Of a stretch of 64,000 bases of DNA, positions 21,901 to 31,266 are shown one piece after another. Numbering within the stretch: position 1 is the first letter of the stretch; every line of letters starts with the position of its first letter. The DNA is from Diplonema japonicum. Taxonomy: Eukaryota; Protista; Euglenozoa: Diplonemea. The translations under genes and the position numbers were made by a program. The DNA lies in NCBI GenBank assembly GCA_964019335.1, contig OZ025680.1, positions 496,001 through 560,000 of the forward strand. Reading direction: 5' to 3'. Under the pieces are notes generated by a model. The model was not told where the DNA came from. It ran no database searches and saw only the letters and a program-made list of their open reading frames with translations.

Positions 21901-24712
21901 ACCAGCACCTGCTACTCCGGCTCCGGCAACACCTGTACCTGTATCATCTGCCCCCGCTACCCCTGCACCTGATACTGCTGCCCCTGCTACTCCGTCACCT
22001 GCCACACCCACCTTGGCGCCTCTTACACCGGCTCCTGATACAGTTGTTCCCAACACACCAACTCCAGACACTCAGGTTCCCTTGGTGCCACCAACACTTG
22101 TTCCCAATACACCCGTACCCGCAACTGCCCCACCTACTTCGACTCCTACACTTGTCCCTAGTACGCAAGTTCCTGATACAGTTGCGCCCGATACCCAAGC
22201 TCCTGTGACACCAGCACCTGCAACACCCTCCCCACTCACCATGTCCCCGTCCACACAACCCCCTGCGACACTCACTCCATCCACTTTGGTTCCTCCTACA
22301 CCTGTTCCTGACACCCAAGCACCGAACACACTTGTACCTATTACACAATCCCCAACTACGCTAGCACCACCCACTCTTGCACCGCAAACTGCAGAGCCAA
22401 CTTCTGCTCCTACCGCGCTGCCTACATCGAGTCCTACTGCTGTTCCCACAGCAATGCCAACAAGCGAACCTACAGCTGTACCAACTGCGATGCCGACAGC
22501 ACAACCCACAAGCATGCCCACAGTAGTGCCTACCTCGAATCCAACTGCAGAGCCGACAACACAACCCACAAGCGTGCCCGCGGCACCTACCGCGGAACCA
22601 ACATCAGAGCCAACGCAACCACCTTTCGTACTCACATTCCAACCTGCAACTGCCCAGCCGACACAGCCACCATTTGTACTCACATTCCAACCTACAACGG
22701 CCGAGCCAGGACGAACACCCACGCCTACGTTGATCCCTGTGGTGTTTCCAACACTAGTACCAGAGACCCTGGTACCAACGCAGACAATGACTCCTATAAC
22801 CCCGATACCTGTGACAAGTGCCACTGCTACCCCTGTCCAGCAGACTTCGCTTCCAAGCACTGTGCCAACAGATCCCCCTGTTACCTTGGTGTCTGGTGTG
22901 CCAGTCACGTCATCACCCTCGACACTCACGCCGCTTGGTGCAGAGAAAGGGAAAGTAGTTCTTGGCAATGGTACTCATCTCACTGCACGTGGTTTGAGAG
23001 CGGGCCAGACAACGTTGAGGGTAGCTACCGTGGGGGTGGCGGTCGAGGTAAGGGTCAGTGGGGACAGGTTGGCGAGCAATGCGAGAATCACTATTGTGCG
23101 AGAGGCGGGCGACATAGTGATTAAGGTACAAGACACGGAGTACCACATGTACAAGCCTGATGTCGACAGTGTGGTGGTGACACTCACTATGCCTACAGGA
23201 GCACAAGGTCAGCTGTGCGGAATATACACAGAAGGCTTCACTTGCAACTGTACTATGTGTGTGAGCAAAAATATTGGCATCGAAGGGGAGCGAAGGCAGC
23301 TGCCCAACCAGGAGGTAGTGATGAAGACTACGGAAGTGGTCAGCACGGTACTTGTGGCCTCCTCGGTAGTCGTCCCTGCTTCTCCGGGGAGCGCAGGTGA
23401 AATGATGAGGTTTGCACTGCTGACACGGTCCTTGATCTGCCCAAGCGAAGGTGTAGTACGGCTTGACAGGACGTTGAACCCGCTGGGGATGTCACTTGGG
23501 GATGGGGACCTCCGTGAAGTATATGGCGCACTACTGGGATCTGTTCTGATACAGCTGCTGCTGGTTGCGGTGTGTGCAGGGATAGGGCTAGCCATGCTGG
23601 GGAAGATGAAGAGCAAGAGGATCAACGAGAGGTGCCTCACGAATCTGGACATCGATGATGACCTTCTAGAAATCGACAACCTGAGAACTGCAAAAATAGT
23701 ACACACTGGCGTCACGGAGAGGGATAAAACGTACTTGCTAGCAAGAGCGCGGCTTGGATGGCTGACGCTACCACTGGCGTTTCTGTACGGGGGCATGTTT
23801 TATTTGTGCATGGTGGTGTTGATCAATGAGGGCGGCGCGGGTTTCAAGCTACTCGCCGTGCTTGATCTTCTGGCGTTTGGCCTGGGCCTGCCGTGCATCG
23901 CACTCCAGTCGGCGAGCAAGGCAGAGAAGTACTGCGAGGAGAAACCAATACCAGATTCCGAGCAATTGTTCTCGCCTAACTTCAACTGGTTTCTATGGGG
24001 AGATAGAGAATGGGTACCACTGGAAGGTGTGAATGGCGCAGCAGCGTGGCTTGAACTGAACAGATTCTTCTTCGATGGCTACAAGGCCTCATGGCGGTAT
24101 AGCTTCTGCGCAGAGCTAGCAGCATCAGGACTGATTGGGATAAACGTGGCATGGTCGCCTGTAGACACAGGGCAATGCTGGATGAGGGCGGGTATGACGG
24201 TGATGGTGTTGTGCATGCTGCTGCTGTACCTTGTCTTGGCAAGACCCTTCTTGGCGGGGTATGAAAACCTTGCGGCTGTGTTAATTGTGTTTGGGGAGGT
24301 GCTGACCTTGGGCCTGTTCATCATAACAATGCTCACAGAGACAAGCAACCAGACCTCTCACTGGGGAGCAACGATGGCAGGGCACACGGCACTGATGGTG
24401 GTGTATCTCCTTATGGCGAAGTTCTTGACAGACATGGGTATCTTCATTTATGACGAGTATTGCACATGGTCGCAGACCAATGACAGCACCTCCTTTGTGA
24501 TGCACTTGCTGTGCTGTGGGAACAGCATCCCCGACGATCCTTTCAGCGGTCATGTCACAAAACCACTGCCCAGTTATGAGCCCCCGCGGCTTGACCCCCT
24601 TTTCCCTCCTATTCCCCCTAGGAATAGGATCCTCTCTCTCCGCACTGAGGCATCTTCATCCAACCTCAGTACTTCTATTTTCGAAGACCAGGTGGGATAT
24701 GTCCAGGTCTAG
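18914..24712 (+). CDS. Surface protein (1932 aa): signal peptide, two C-type-lectin-like domains, Pro/Ala/Thr mucin-like stalk, C-terminal ~7-8 TM domain
   Basis: CPEGWIPINNMCY..WVDAKDSCASIGGRLAVV is a C-type lectin start, followed by a second degenerate copy (W.EGNTAC..WNWQD..C..YNLC). PAT[PSL]A repeats follow. The TM region contains FDGYK..ELAA..ARPF..EN. Confidence 0.85.
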   Translation: MAQNLNSIVHIFLAVCWAGMTSGGYVCPEGWIPINNMCYKMAASGALLEWVDAKDSCASIGGRLAVVQDSTQKGSAWTVACGGLGCMTQCNFPSQGVWTGSYSGDPDSPSSGPGKSWAWYSTTPVVAFDSTATFGPLAQLSSAAHACGLISTEPSSISYYLKRELCNVQAKALCEKDPLPLPTHNNGWAYIGSQLYSVGKVKGDWGEGNTACTTAGGTGYLAIRSTAEREILVDSIGCSAPFAGLSCNGCIDESDMASASMWNWQDNSQAVPGLWGSAPQIKATCTMLQGTGGSQQYSNRGLYRASCSASRYNLCGSPVPATPTPPTLAPATPAPATPAPATPAPSTPAPATSAPATLAPATSAPATPAPSTPAPATSAPATLAPATPAPATPAPATPAPATSAPATPAPSTPAPATSAPATLAPATPAPATPAPATPAPATSAPATPAPSTPAPATPAPATPAPATSAPATLAPATPAPATPAPATSAPATSAPATLAPATPAPATPAPATPAPATSAPATLAPATPAPATPAPATSAPATSAPATLAPATPAPATPAPATLAPATPAPATSAPSTPSPATPAPATLAPATPAPATPAPATPAPATSAPATLAPATSAPATPAPSTPAPATPAPATPAPATSAPATPAPATSAPSTPSPATPAPATPAPATPAPATSAPATSAPATLAPATPAPATPAPATPAPATSAPATPAPATSAPATPAPATSAPSTPSPATPAPATSAPATPAPSTPTPATSAPATLAPATPAPATPAPATPAPATSAPDTAAPATPAPATPAPATSAPSTPSPATPAPATPAPATSAPDTAAPATPAPATPAPATSAPVTPAPATPAPSTPAPATPAPATSAPATPSPATPAPATPAPSTPTPATPAPATSAPVTPAATPAPDTDAPATSTPATPSPATPAPATPAPSTSAPATSSPASPAPATSAPATPAPSTPAPATPAPATPTPATPAPATPAPATSAPDTPTPATPAPATPAPATPVPVSSAPATPAPDTAAPATPSPATPTLAPLTPAPDTVVPNTPTPDTQVPLVPPTLVPNTPVPATAPPTSTPTLVPSTQVPDTVAPDTQAPVTPAPATPSPLTMSPSTQPPATLTPSTLVPPTPVPDTQAPNTLVPITQSPTTLAPPTLAPQTAEPTSAPTALPTSSPTAVPTAMPTSEPTAVPTAMPTAQPTSMPTVVPTSNPTAEPTTQPTSVPAAPTAEPTSEPTQPPFVLTFQPATAQPTQPPFVLTFQPTTAEPGRTPTPTLIPVVFPTLVPETLVPTQTMTPITPIPVTSATATPVQQTSLPSTVPTDPPVTLVSGVPVTSSPSTLTPLGAEKGKVVLGNGTHLTARGLRAGQTTLRVATVGVAVEVRVSGDRLASNARITIVREAGDIVIKVQDTEYHMYKPDVDSVVVTLTMPTGAQGQLCGIYTEGFTCNCTMCVSKNIGIEGERRQLPNQEVVMKTTEVVSTVLVASSVVVPASPGSAGEMMRFALLTRSLICPSEGVVRLDRTLNPLGMSLGDGDLREVYGALLGSVLIQLLLVAVCAGIGLAMLGKMKSKRINERCLTNLDIDDDLLEIDNLRTAKIVHTGVTERDKTYLLARARLGWLTLPLAFLYGGMFYLCMVVLINEGGAGFKLLAVLDLLAFGLGLPCIALQSASKAEKYCEEKPIPDSEQLFSPNFNWFLWGDREWVPLEGVNGAAAWLELNRFFFDGYKASWRYSFCAELAASGLIGINVAWSPVDTGQCWMRAGMTVMVLCMLLLYLVLARPFLAGYENLAAVLIVFGEVLTLGLFIITMLTETSNQTSHWGATMAGHTALMVVYLLMAKFLTDMGIFIYDEYCTWSQTNDSTSFVMHLLCCGNSIPDDPFSGHVTKPLPSYEPPRLDPLFPPIPPRNRILSLRTEASSSNLSTSIFEDQVGYVQV
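19870..22035 (+). repeat. Coding 15-bp tandem array (PAT[P/S/L]A) with 120-bp higher-order units
   Basis: The 15-bp period is visible throughout; 19981-20100 and 20101-20220 differ at about 4 positions. Confidence 0.95.
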
Positions 24713-25090
24713 CACGGGAGAGGGGCGTGGGTGATCAACTATTAGTTCAGGTTTCTTTTCTATTTTTTTTTTTTCCCCCTTCCCAAACCGAGACTCGCAA
24801 ACCCCCAGCACTTCCCATGGAATGCACTGGTTTCGATCCGGCAGGACGGGGAACGGAATTTGTTTTCCTTCGATTCTTGTATCAACGACTACATATTGTC
24901 GGTTCTAGAGGCTGCAGACTATTGGCAGCAGCTCAGTTGGTTTTGTACAGGTCTTTGATGTTAATACGCATCAGGACCGCAAAGCAATGAAATACGAATG
25001 CACAAGCAAACAAAGCGCCAAGATAGTTTTTTGATTTTCATATTAAAAAAAAAAAATAAAAAAAAAACAAAAAAAAAAAACAGTTTATTT

Positions 25091-25249
25091 TTGGCCTCCT
25101 CGTCGGGCATCACTGGTAGCACCCGAGTGGAGGAACGTGGTTACCGGACGCGCCTTTGCTGGGGTTGAGCTGCACACCGCACGCATTAAGTCGCGACGCG
25201 GAACACAGAAGAAGTTGCAGCTCGGCTGAGGTGCTCCCCTGTAATCAAG
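25091..25249. repeat. Dispersed repeat family A, copy 3 (internally deleted)
   Basis: cctcctcgtcgg..ggtagcacccgagtgga..gggttgagctg.acaccgcacgcattaag..cccctgtaatcaag is shared with copy 2. Confidence 0.88.
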
Positions 25250-26112
25250 CTATTAAAAAAAAAAAAAGCTCCTTTTTCTTATTTATATTTTTTTCGATAC
25301 GGGTGCCCAAGAAAGAAAAATCAAATTCAAAAAAAGGCTTAACCCCTCCCCTCCCCCGTGTCTTTTTTTTTTTTTTTAAATTCAGACACATCCTGCTGTC
25401 TAGAATTCCAAGCCTCTTGGCTGCCATTGGTATGAATCTTCCCTCTCCTCATGATGAAGCACTTGTTGTAATTACCAAAAAAGAATGTAGGCAATATCGC
25501 TTTTACAGAACCTCTTTGTACCTGTTTGCCGTGTAGAGAATAGCCTTGCCTATTCTTTTCTTCTTTCTTCTTACATAAAGAGCCCATTTTTTTTTTTTGT
25601 TGAAAAACAAACTACATACTGATAGGAAAAAGGAGGAAAAAAAAACTTATTTATTTACGATCAAAAGAGCTCAAAGCCCCTTCTGTCTTTTGATGTCTTT
25701 CTTTTTATATTTTTTTTTTTATTATTCTTTTGATAAATCGATCGTGTAGTGCTTAAACCGCCTTCCCCCTTTCCCCGCTTATCTCTAACTCATCCCATCT
25801 GTGGTGGGGGGGAATGAAGGTGAACTTAATCTAACTCTTTAGTGGGACTTATCCTTTTTTCTTGTTTTTTTTTTCTTTGTTTTCTTTGTGTTGAAACGCT
25901 TAAAACCAGCTTTCTAAACAACCCGTACTCCTGTAACCTCCGGAACGGCAGGTGGGTGCAGGCTCCAAACAAAAAAAAAAAAAAAAAAAAAAAAAAAATA
26001 GCCCTACAACAACGAGGGCATACCAGTTTTCCAAAATCAAGTCAAAAAAAAAAAAAAAAAAGAGGGGGTGGAAAAGAAGGAAAAAAAAAAAAAAAGAGAG
26101 AACAAAACACAC

Positions 26113-26646
26113 ATGCTTACCCAAGGCGCCCGACGGGCGCTTCTACGCAGGTATTTGTATGTAATGGTGCAGAAGCGGTGTGTGGGCAGTCCGGGCGGTG
26201 ACAGGATGTCTCAAGTCAAGCGGGTGGAGCAAGCTGTGGGGAATTCGATGATGGCAAAGAATATTAGTTTAGATCAGGTGTACAAGAGGGAACGGAACAG
26301 AGCAAGGATGGAGGGCAGCAAAGAGGAGCAGCTGAGGTTTGAGCAGTTGGACGCAACATGGCAGCTTGTCCCCGCCGATCGCAAGGCAAAGATCGTGACT
26401 GTGAACAGCGAGAACTCTGCGATGAAGATCATCTTCGATGCTGTTGAAGAAACAGGTGCGCTGCGGGAGTCCATCCGGCTGGCCAAGCGGCAAGCTGTCG
26501 ACCACACCCGCTCCACAGTTGACGAGACCGCTGCTCGGGTCACGCTGTTCCTGATCTTACTCGTCATTATCAGCACCTACGCATCGATACACAACTATAA
26601 CACCTCGCACTCCCCGAAAGAAAAGCAAGTTCTGGTAAAAAACTAA
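26113..26646 (+). CDS. Hypothetical protein (177 aa), likely mitochondrial, with one C-terminal TM helix
   Basis: ATG follows an A-rich leader. MLTQGARRALLRRY resembles a presequence and VTLFLILLVIISTYA is a likely TM helix. Confidence 0.65.
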   Translation: MLTQGARRALLRRYLYVMVQKRCVGSPGGDRMSQVKRVEQAVGNSMMAKNISLDQVYKRERNRARMEGSKEEQLRFEQLDATWQLVPADRKAKIVTVNSENSAMKIIFDAVEETGALRESIRLAKRQAVDHTRSTVDETAARVTLFLILLVIISTYASIHNYNTSHSPKEKQVLVKN

Positions 26647-26725
26647 AACCATTCTTCTTTTTTTTTTTTTGTTGTTGTTGTTCGTTCCTGGGGGAAAGGG
26701 AACCAACTATACTATTTTAAAAGGT

Positions 26726-26761
<36 letters not shown>

Positions 26762-26916
26762 TACGTGAATGAAGCAAAAACTAAGAGGAACCATAATTTG
26801 AAGGAAGAAAAAAAAAAAAAAAAAAAAATGTAGTGTTTTGTTTTATATTTCGATCCCCCTTTTTCTAAAATCACAAAACAAAAAAAAAAAGAGCAAAAAG
26901 AGCAAAAAAAAAAAAA

Positions 26917-27726
26917 ATGGATACGACAAAGCTTTTCAACATGTATGTGTACATCCGGTCCATCCTGCACTGGGTATGGTTGGCGATAAATGAAGCGTTA
27001 TGGCACCCGAGGTTCTTTAGGAAGACGAAGTTGAAGAGGAAGGTGGTGGTGGTGGGGGACGAGACGGCATGGGGCTTTGGGGATTGGATCGTGTGCACGC
27101 AGACACCGGGGTACGCGAAATATCTGCAACAAGAAGTCGCTTCGCGTAAAGATTTCAAATTCAAATGGACTGTCCAAAGCTCAGGTGTATCAGGTGCTAC
27201 CACTGACGACTGGCTTCCCGGGACAGGGTCTGGACAATTCGAGAAACATTTCGACGAGCACAAAGGCACTCATTTCGATGCCGATTTTGTTGTCCTCCAC
27301 CTGGGCTTCCATGACAAAGGAATCCACCCTGGGAAAACAGCTAAAAACCTTATGGCGATTGCGGAAAAACTGGTGTCTCAAGGAAAACGTGTAATTATCC
27401 AATTGCTGCCCACCAGGACCGCCGACGGTAAATTCAGATCTGGTTGGATCCTGTCTGAGCGTAACACTGCCATCAAGGCTTTATTCAAGGATTTGAAAGA
27501 TTCCCATATCTATCTGGGTGCCGATATTGAGTCATTTAAGCGCCCGGAACTGTTTTGTTTCGATGGGTTCCATCTCTCCTCCAAGGGTTACAGACGCGTG
27601 GCGAAGGAGACCTACCAAGTCCTCAAGCACCCCATCATCAACATCGAATGGCTTTTCCTCCAACCAGGCTTGCAAAAGCACATGCAGGAACGAAATGACA
27701 AAATAATGGAAGCACTTTCAAAGTAA
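26917..27726 (+). CDS. SGNH/GDSL hydrolase-fold protein
   Basis: Block I VVVVGDETAWG, block II SSGVSGATT, block III LHLGFHD, block V DGFHLSSKGY. Confidence 0.85.
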   Translation: MDTTKLFNMYVYIRSILHWVWLAINEALWHPRFFRKTKLKRKVVVVGDETAWGFGDWIVCTQTPGYAKYLQQEVASRKDFKFKWTVQSSGVSGATTDDWLPGTGSGQFEKHFDEHKGTHFDADFVVLHLGFHDKGIHPGKTAKNLMAIAEKLVSQGKRVIIQLLPTRTADGKFRSGWILSERNTAIKALFKDLKDSHIYLGADIESFKRPELFCFDGFHLSSKGYRRVAKETYQVLKHPIINIEWLFLQPGLQKHMQERNDKIMEALSK

Positions 27727-28155
27727 AGCGGGGGGGGGAAAAAAAAAAAAGAAATCCCGTATTTCTCCATATCCCCCGGGGGGGTTTTTTTTTTCGTTCT
27801 TTCTCTTATCAGTACTATTCTTACTCCCATTTTTTTTTTTTTTGGAATTGTGTTTTTTGGAATAAAATGTGGGGGGAGGGTGAGATTTTCTTTACATGTC
27901 ACTTTTTCAGAAGAAGTACAACAAAGAAAATGGTTATAAAAGAAGGGGGGTGGTCAAGGCCACAGATGTGTTGATTACCATTTTCTTTGTTCTTTCTTTT
28001 TTTTTTCCTGGTGATGATGACTCGGTTTCTGAAAAGTGAGATAGAGTGAAATTATGTGAACACTATTTTGATGTTCCCTTTTTTTTTGAGGGGGGAAAGG
28101 AGTAAATTTTATTTCCATGTTCAATTTTAATAGAGCCTGTTTTCCCTTACTCTTC

Positions 28156-28187
<32 letters not shown>

Positions 28188-28374
28188 CCTTTGAGGTAGG
28201 CAAACAAGCAGTGTGTTTCTTCTTCTTCTTTTTTTTTTTTTTTTTTTGTTCTCTTTTTTTTTAAACCTCCGGTTGACGATTCTTGTTTTTCTTTTTTTTT
28301 TTTTCATAGCTTACCGCGGTTTTGGGGTCTCAATTCAAATCAAAAAAAAAAGGAGAGAAAAAAGAGAAAAAAAA

Positions 28375-28910
28375 ATGTCCCAGGCAGTGATGGCCACTCT
28401 GGGGTTCATCCCCCACCCCCACGCAAGGGAGCTCGACGAGACCCACAAGCCTATTAATGCGCACATTTCGCCCGCCTTCCACCAGTGGAGTATGTTGAAA
28501 CACACAACACACAACACACATCACTCACCCACACACTACAGGCAGGAACGGCCACACGGATGCGGACTTCACAGAGAAAACGCAGGTGTCTGGCATTCAG
28601 ACCAGGTACCAGGACAACATTGACAGAGCTGGCAACCCCTGCACCATGGATGAGTACTATGACGCTACATGCAGAACTCACCCCTCTAACAAGTTTGTCG
28701 GCAAGATGACAGTCGCCAGACCCGGGGAGTACGTATGTGTTATTTTTTTTTTTTTCTAAATCCCTACAATAGTGCGACGCATGGACCCTCCCCAGGCTTG
28801 AGCAGTGTCGGAAGACATGGGGTATCGAGGCGTGAGTATTGGAATAAATACCCCCCCCCCCCTTTCAAGTGTTCTTTTCTGTAAACTTTTTCTTTTTTTT
28901 TCTTCAGAGT

Positions 28911-28951
<41 letters not shown>

Positions 28952-29121
28952 GGATTTTTTGTTTCTTTTTTTTTTCTTTTGATCCACACTACGAGTCTGA
29001 AATTTTGCATTTTTTTTGTGTGCACCACAACAACAACCACGTTTTAAGAGAATGGGATGCCTGCCCAGCTAGGGGCTGCTGGGCTTGGTTTGTACAGAAT
29101 GACTCAAGTCAGCTGTGCTAG
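28375..29121 (+). CDS. Hypothetical 145-aa protein; 4 exons (28375-28489, 28542-28732, 28773-28831, 29049-29121); not recovered by the ORF track
   Basis: Three GT-AG introns (28490-28541, 28733-28772, 28832-29048) give one open frame of 438 nt: MSQAVMATLG..QWSRNGHTDAD..RPGEYCDAWTLPRLEQCRKTWGIEAEWDACPARGCWAWFVQNDSSQLC. The last junction is the least certain. Confidence 0.7.
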
Positions 29122-29384
29122 CTGTGAGGAGGGGGAAATAGAAATAAAGAAGAGACAACGGTGGTAGGCACATGCAGAGGACACGTATTTTTTTTTTTTT
29201 TAAATTCTTTTTTTTTTCCACTGGCACACTGACAAACATCACAACGAGAGTCTTTCACTCGCATGTCACCCAGCCCATTTTTTTTTTTTTTTCAACCCTC
29301 GGGTTCTCATGTTTTATTAAACTCTGCCTTGCCAAAGCCGAGCAATCTCCATCAGTTTTTCCCTGACACAACACATTTTACAAG

Positions 29385-29927
29385 ATGTCTGGCGAACCTG
29401 TTGAGAAGAAATCCGAGGGTGGCTTCATGGACGGCCAGCTCGACTGGGGTGACAAGGGTGGCAAGTGCTGGGAGTGCTGGGTATGCGACCCCTGCTGCAG
29501 TGGGTACTGCTGCATCACCTGGTGGTGCTGCGGGTGCCTCAACGGGCCCAAGATGTGGTCGTGGGCTTTGGACCAGGAGTGCGGTATTGTCAACCACTGC
29601 CTCCCCATGTGCTGCTGCCCTGTCTGCTGCTTCGTGAGGCACAACATCAGGACCAAGGTTGGTGTGGCCGCTGGCGGTCCCATGGACGGTCTTGTTGCTG
29701 ACTGTCTTCTTGCTACTTGGTATAGTTTTTCTTTCCCCCCCTTTTTTTTTCAATGGACAAAAAAAAAAAAAAAAAAAAAACACACACACAGCTGCGGTGC
29801 ATGCACTAGCTGCCAGGAGCTGAGGGGTGCCCACATCCTGGGCGGGCAGGAGAGTTGGGACTTCTTCGGCAAGAAGGAGTTCAAGGGCATGGTGGAGCCG
29901 TTCAAGCTCCCCCCTCTCATGAAGTAG
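29385..29927 (+). CDS. PLAC8 / Cys-rich family protein, copy 1 (156 aa); intron 29720-29791
   Basis: CCITWWCCGC, RHNIRTKVGV and, after splicing, DCLLATCCGACTSCQELR (PLAC8 C-terminal CQE motif). Confidence 0.85.
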   Translation: MSGEPVEKKSEGGFMDGQLDWGDKGGKCWECWVCDPCCSGYCCITWWCCGCLNGPKMWSWALDQECGIVNHCLPMCCCPVCCFVRHNIRTKVGVAAGGPMDGLVADCLLATWYSFSFPPFFFQWTKKKKKKKHTHSCGACTSCQELRGAHILGGQESWDFFGKKEFKGMVEPFKLPPLMK

Positions 29928-30723
29928 ACGAAACGGGAGAGAGAAAAAAAAAAACGAGATGAAGAAAGAAAGCTGACCCCATCGGCTTTTTTTCCCCTTT
30001 AAAACGAAAAAAAACCCCCCCCAAAAAAAAAGTAAAGTGTTGATTTTTAGTCATGGTAAAGAGAGAGAAAAAAAAAATTAAAATGAGAAAAAATCAGAAG
30101 TGGACCTGTCCTTGTCAACGACGGGAAAACATCTTCTTTTTCTCTTTTTTCTTTTTCTTTTCTTTCTCCCAGACCAGTTTTTAATTTATTTTCTTTTTAT
30201 ATCCCCCTTCCTTTTATTACAAAGCAGCATACTAAAGAAACAGTCTTCATGCTTGCCCGTAGCCCAATCAATGAGGCGGGCGGTCATCAAGGCAGGGTTT
30301 GCCCAGTCCCTGTGGCCCAGTCTCCTTTTCCATTTGTACCCTTTTCCTTCCCCGTTGTTTCCTTCTCTTTATCTTTTGCCCTGTATTTTTTTTGAGGAAA
30401 GAAAAGTAACGTTTCTTTTTGTGATCCGTCAATCGCCGATTTTTACTACATGAGTGCAGGACCCGCAGTTGCCTTTTAGCCTCTGCCACGTCTTGTTTAT
30501 CTTTTCTCAAGAAACTGCTTAGAAAGGCAACCCTTGCCCCCTTCTCCTGAACCCTTTTTGCTTTTGCTACAAAAAACTTTTTTTTTTGTCCCCTCCCACC
30601 TTTCACACATTTCTCAAGAAAAGCTGAAAGAAAGTTGTCTTTTTTTTATTAGTCTCATCCCCAGCCTTCTCTCCTCAAAATATATCGCAGCAACAACTTC
30701 CTTGACACAACACATTTTACAAG

Positions 30724-31266
30724 ATGTCTGGCGAACCTGTTGAGAAGAAATCCGAGGGTGGCTTCATGGACGGCCAGCTCGACTGGGGTGACAAGGGTGG
30801 CAAGTGCTGGGAGTGCTGGGTATGCGACCCCTGCTGCAGTGGGTACTGCTGCATCACCTGGTGGTGCTGCGGGTGCCTCAACGGGCCCAAGATGTGGTCG
30901 TGGGCTTTGGACCAGGAGTGCGGTATTGTCAACCACTGCCTCCCCATGTGCTGCTGCCCTGTCTGCTGCTTCGTGAGGCACAACATCAGGACCAAGGTTG
31001 GTGTGGCCGCTGGCGGTCCCATGGACGGTCTTGTTGCTGACTGTCTTCTTGCTACTTGGTATAGTTTTTCTTTCCCCCCCTTTTTTTTTCAATGGACAAA
31101 AAAAAAAAAAAAAAAAAAACACACACACAGCTGCGGTGCATGCACTAGCTGCCAGGAGCTGAGGGGTGCCCACATCCTGGGCGGGCAGGAGAGTTGGGAC
31201 TTCTTCGGCAAGAAGGAGTTCAAGGGCATGGTGGAGCCGTTCAAGCTCCCCCCTCTCATGAAGTAG
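30724..31266 (+). CDS. PLAC8 / Cys-rich family protein, copy 2; intron 31059-31130
   Basis: Tandem copy at a 1339-bp offset; appears identical to copy 1, including the intron. Confidence 0.85.
   Translation: MSGEPVEKKSEGGFMDGQLDWGDKGGKCWECWVCDPCCSGYCCITWWCCGCLNGPKMWSWALDQECGIVNHCLPMCCCPVCCFVRHNIRTKVGVAAGGPMDGLVADCLLATWYSFSFPPFFFQWTKKKKKKKHTHSCGACTSCQELRGAHILGGQESWDFFGKKEFKGMVEPFKLPPLMK

Noticed and set aside
19656-22968. Long alternative-frame and antisense ORFs (850, 784 and 298 aa) over the mucin region
   Set aside because: By-products of a stop-free 15-bp repeat.
24828-24840. GGATCGAAACC on the minus strand, like the initiator-tRNA T-loop
   Set aside because: No A box, anticodon arm or acceptor stem around it.
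28010-28075. Possible C/D snoRNA (ATGATGA followed by CTGA)
   Set aside because: No canonical terminal D box, no terminal stem and no rRNA-complementary guide that I can identify.
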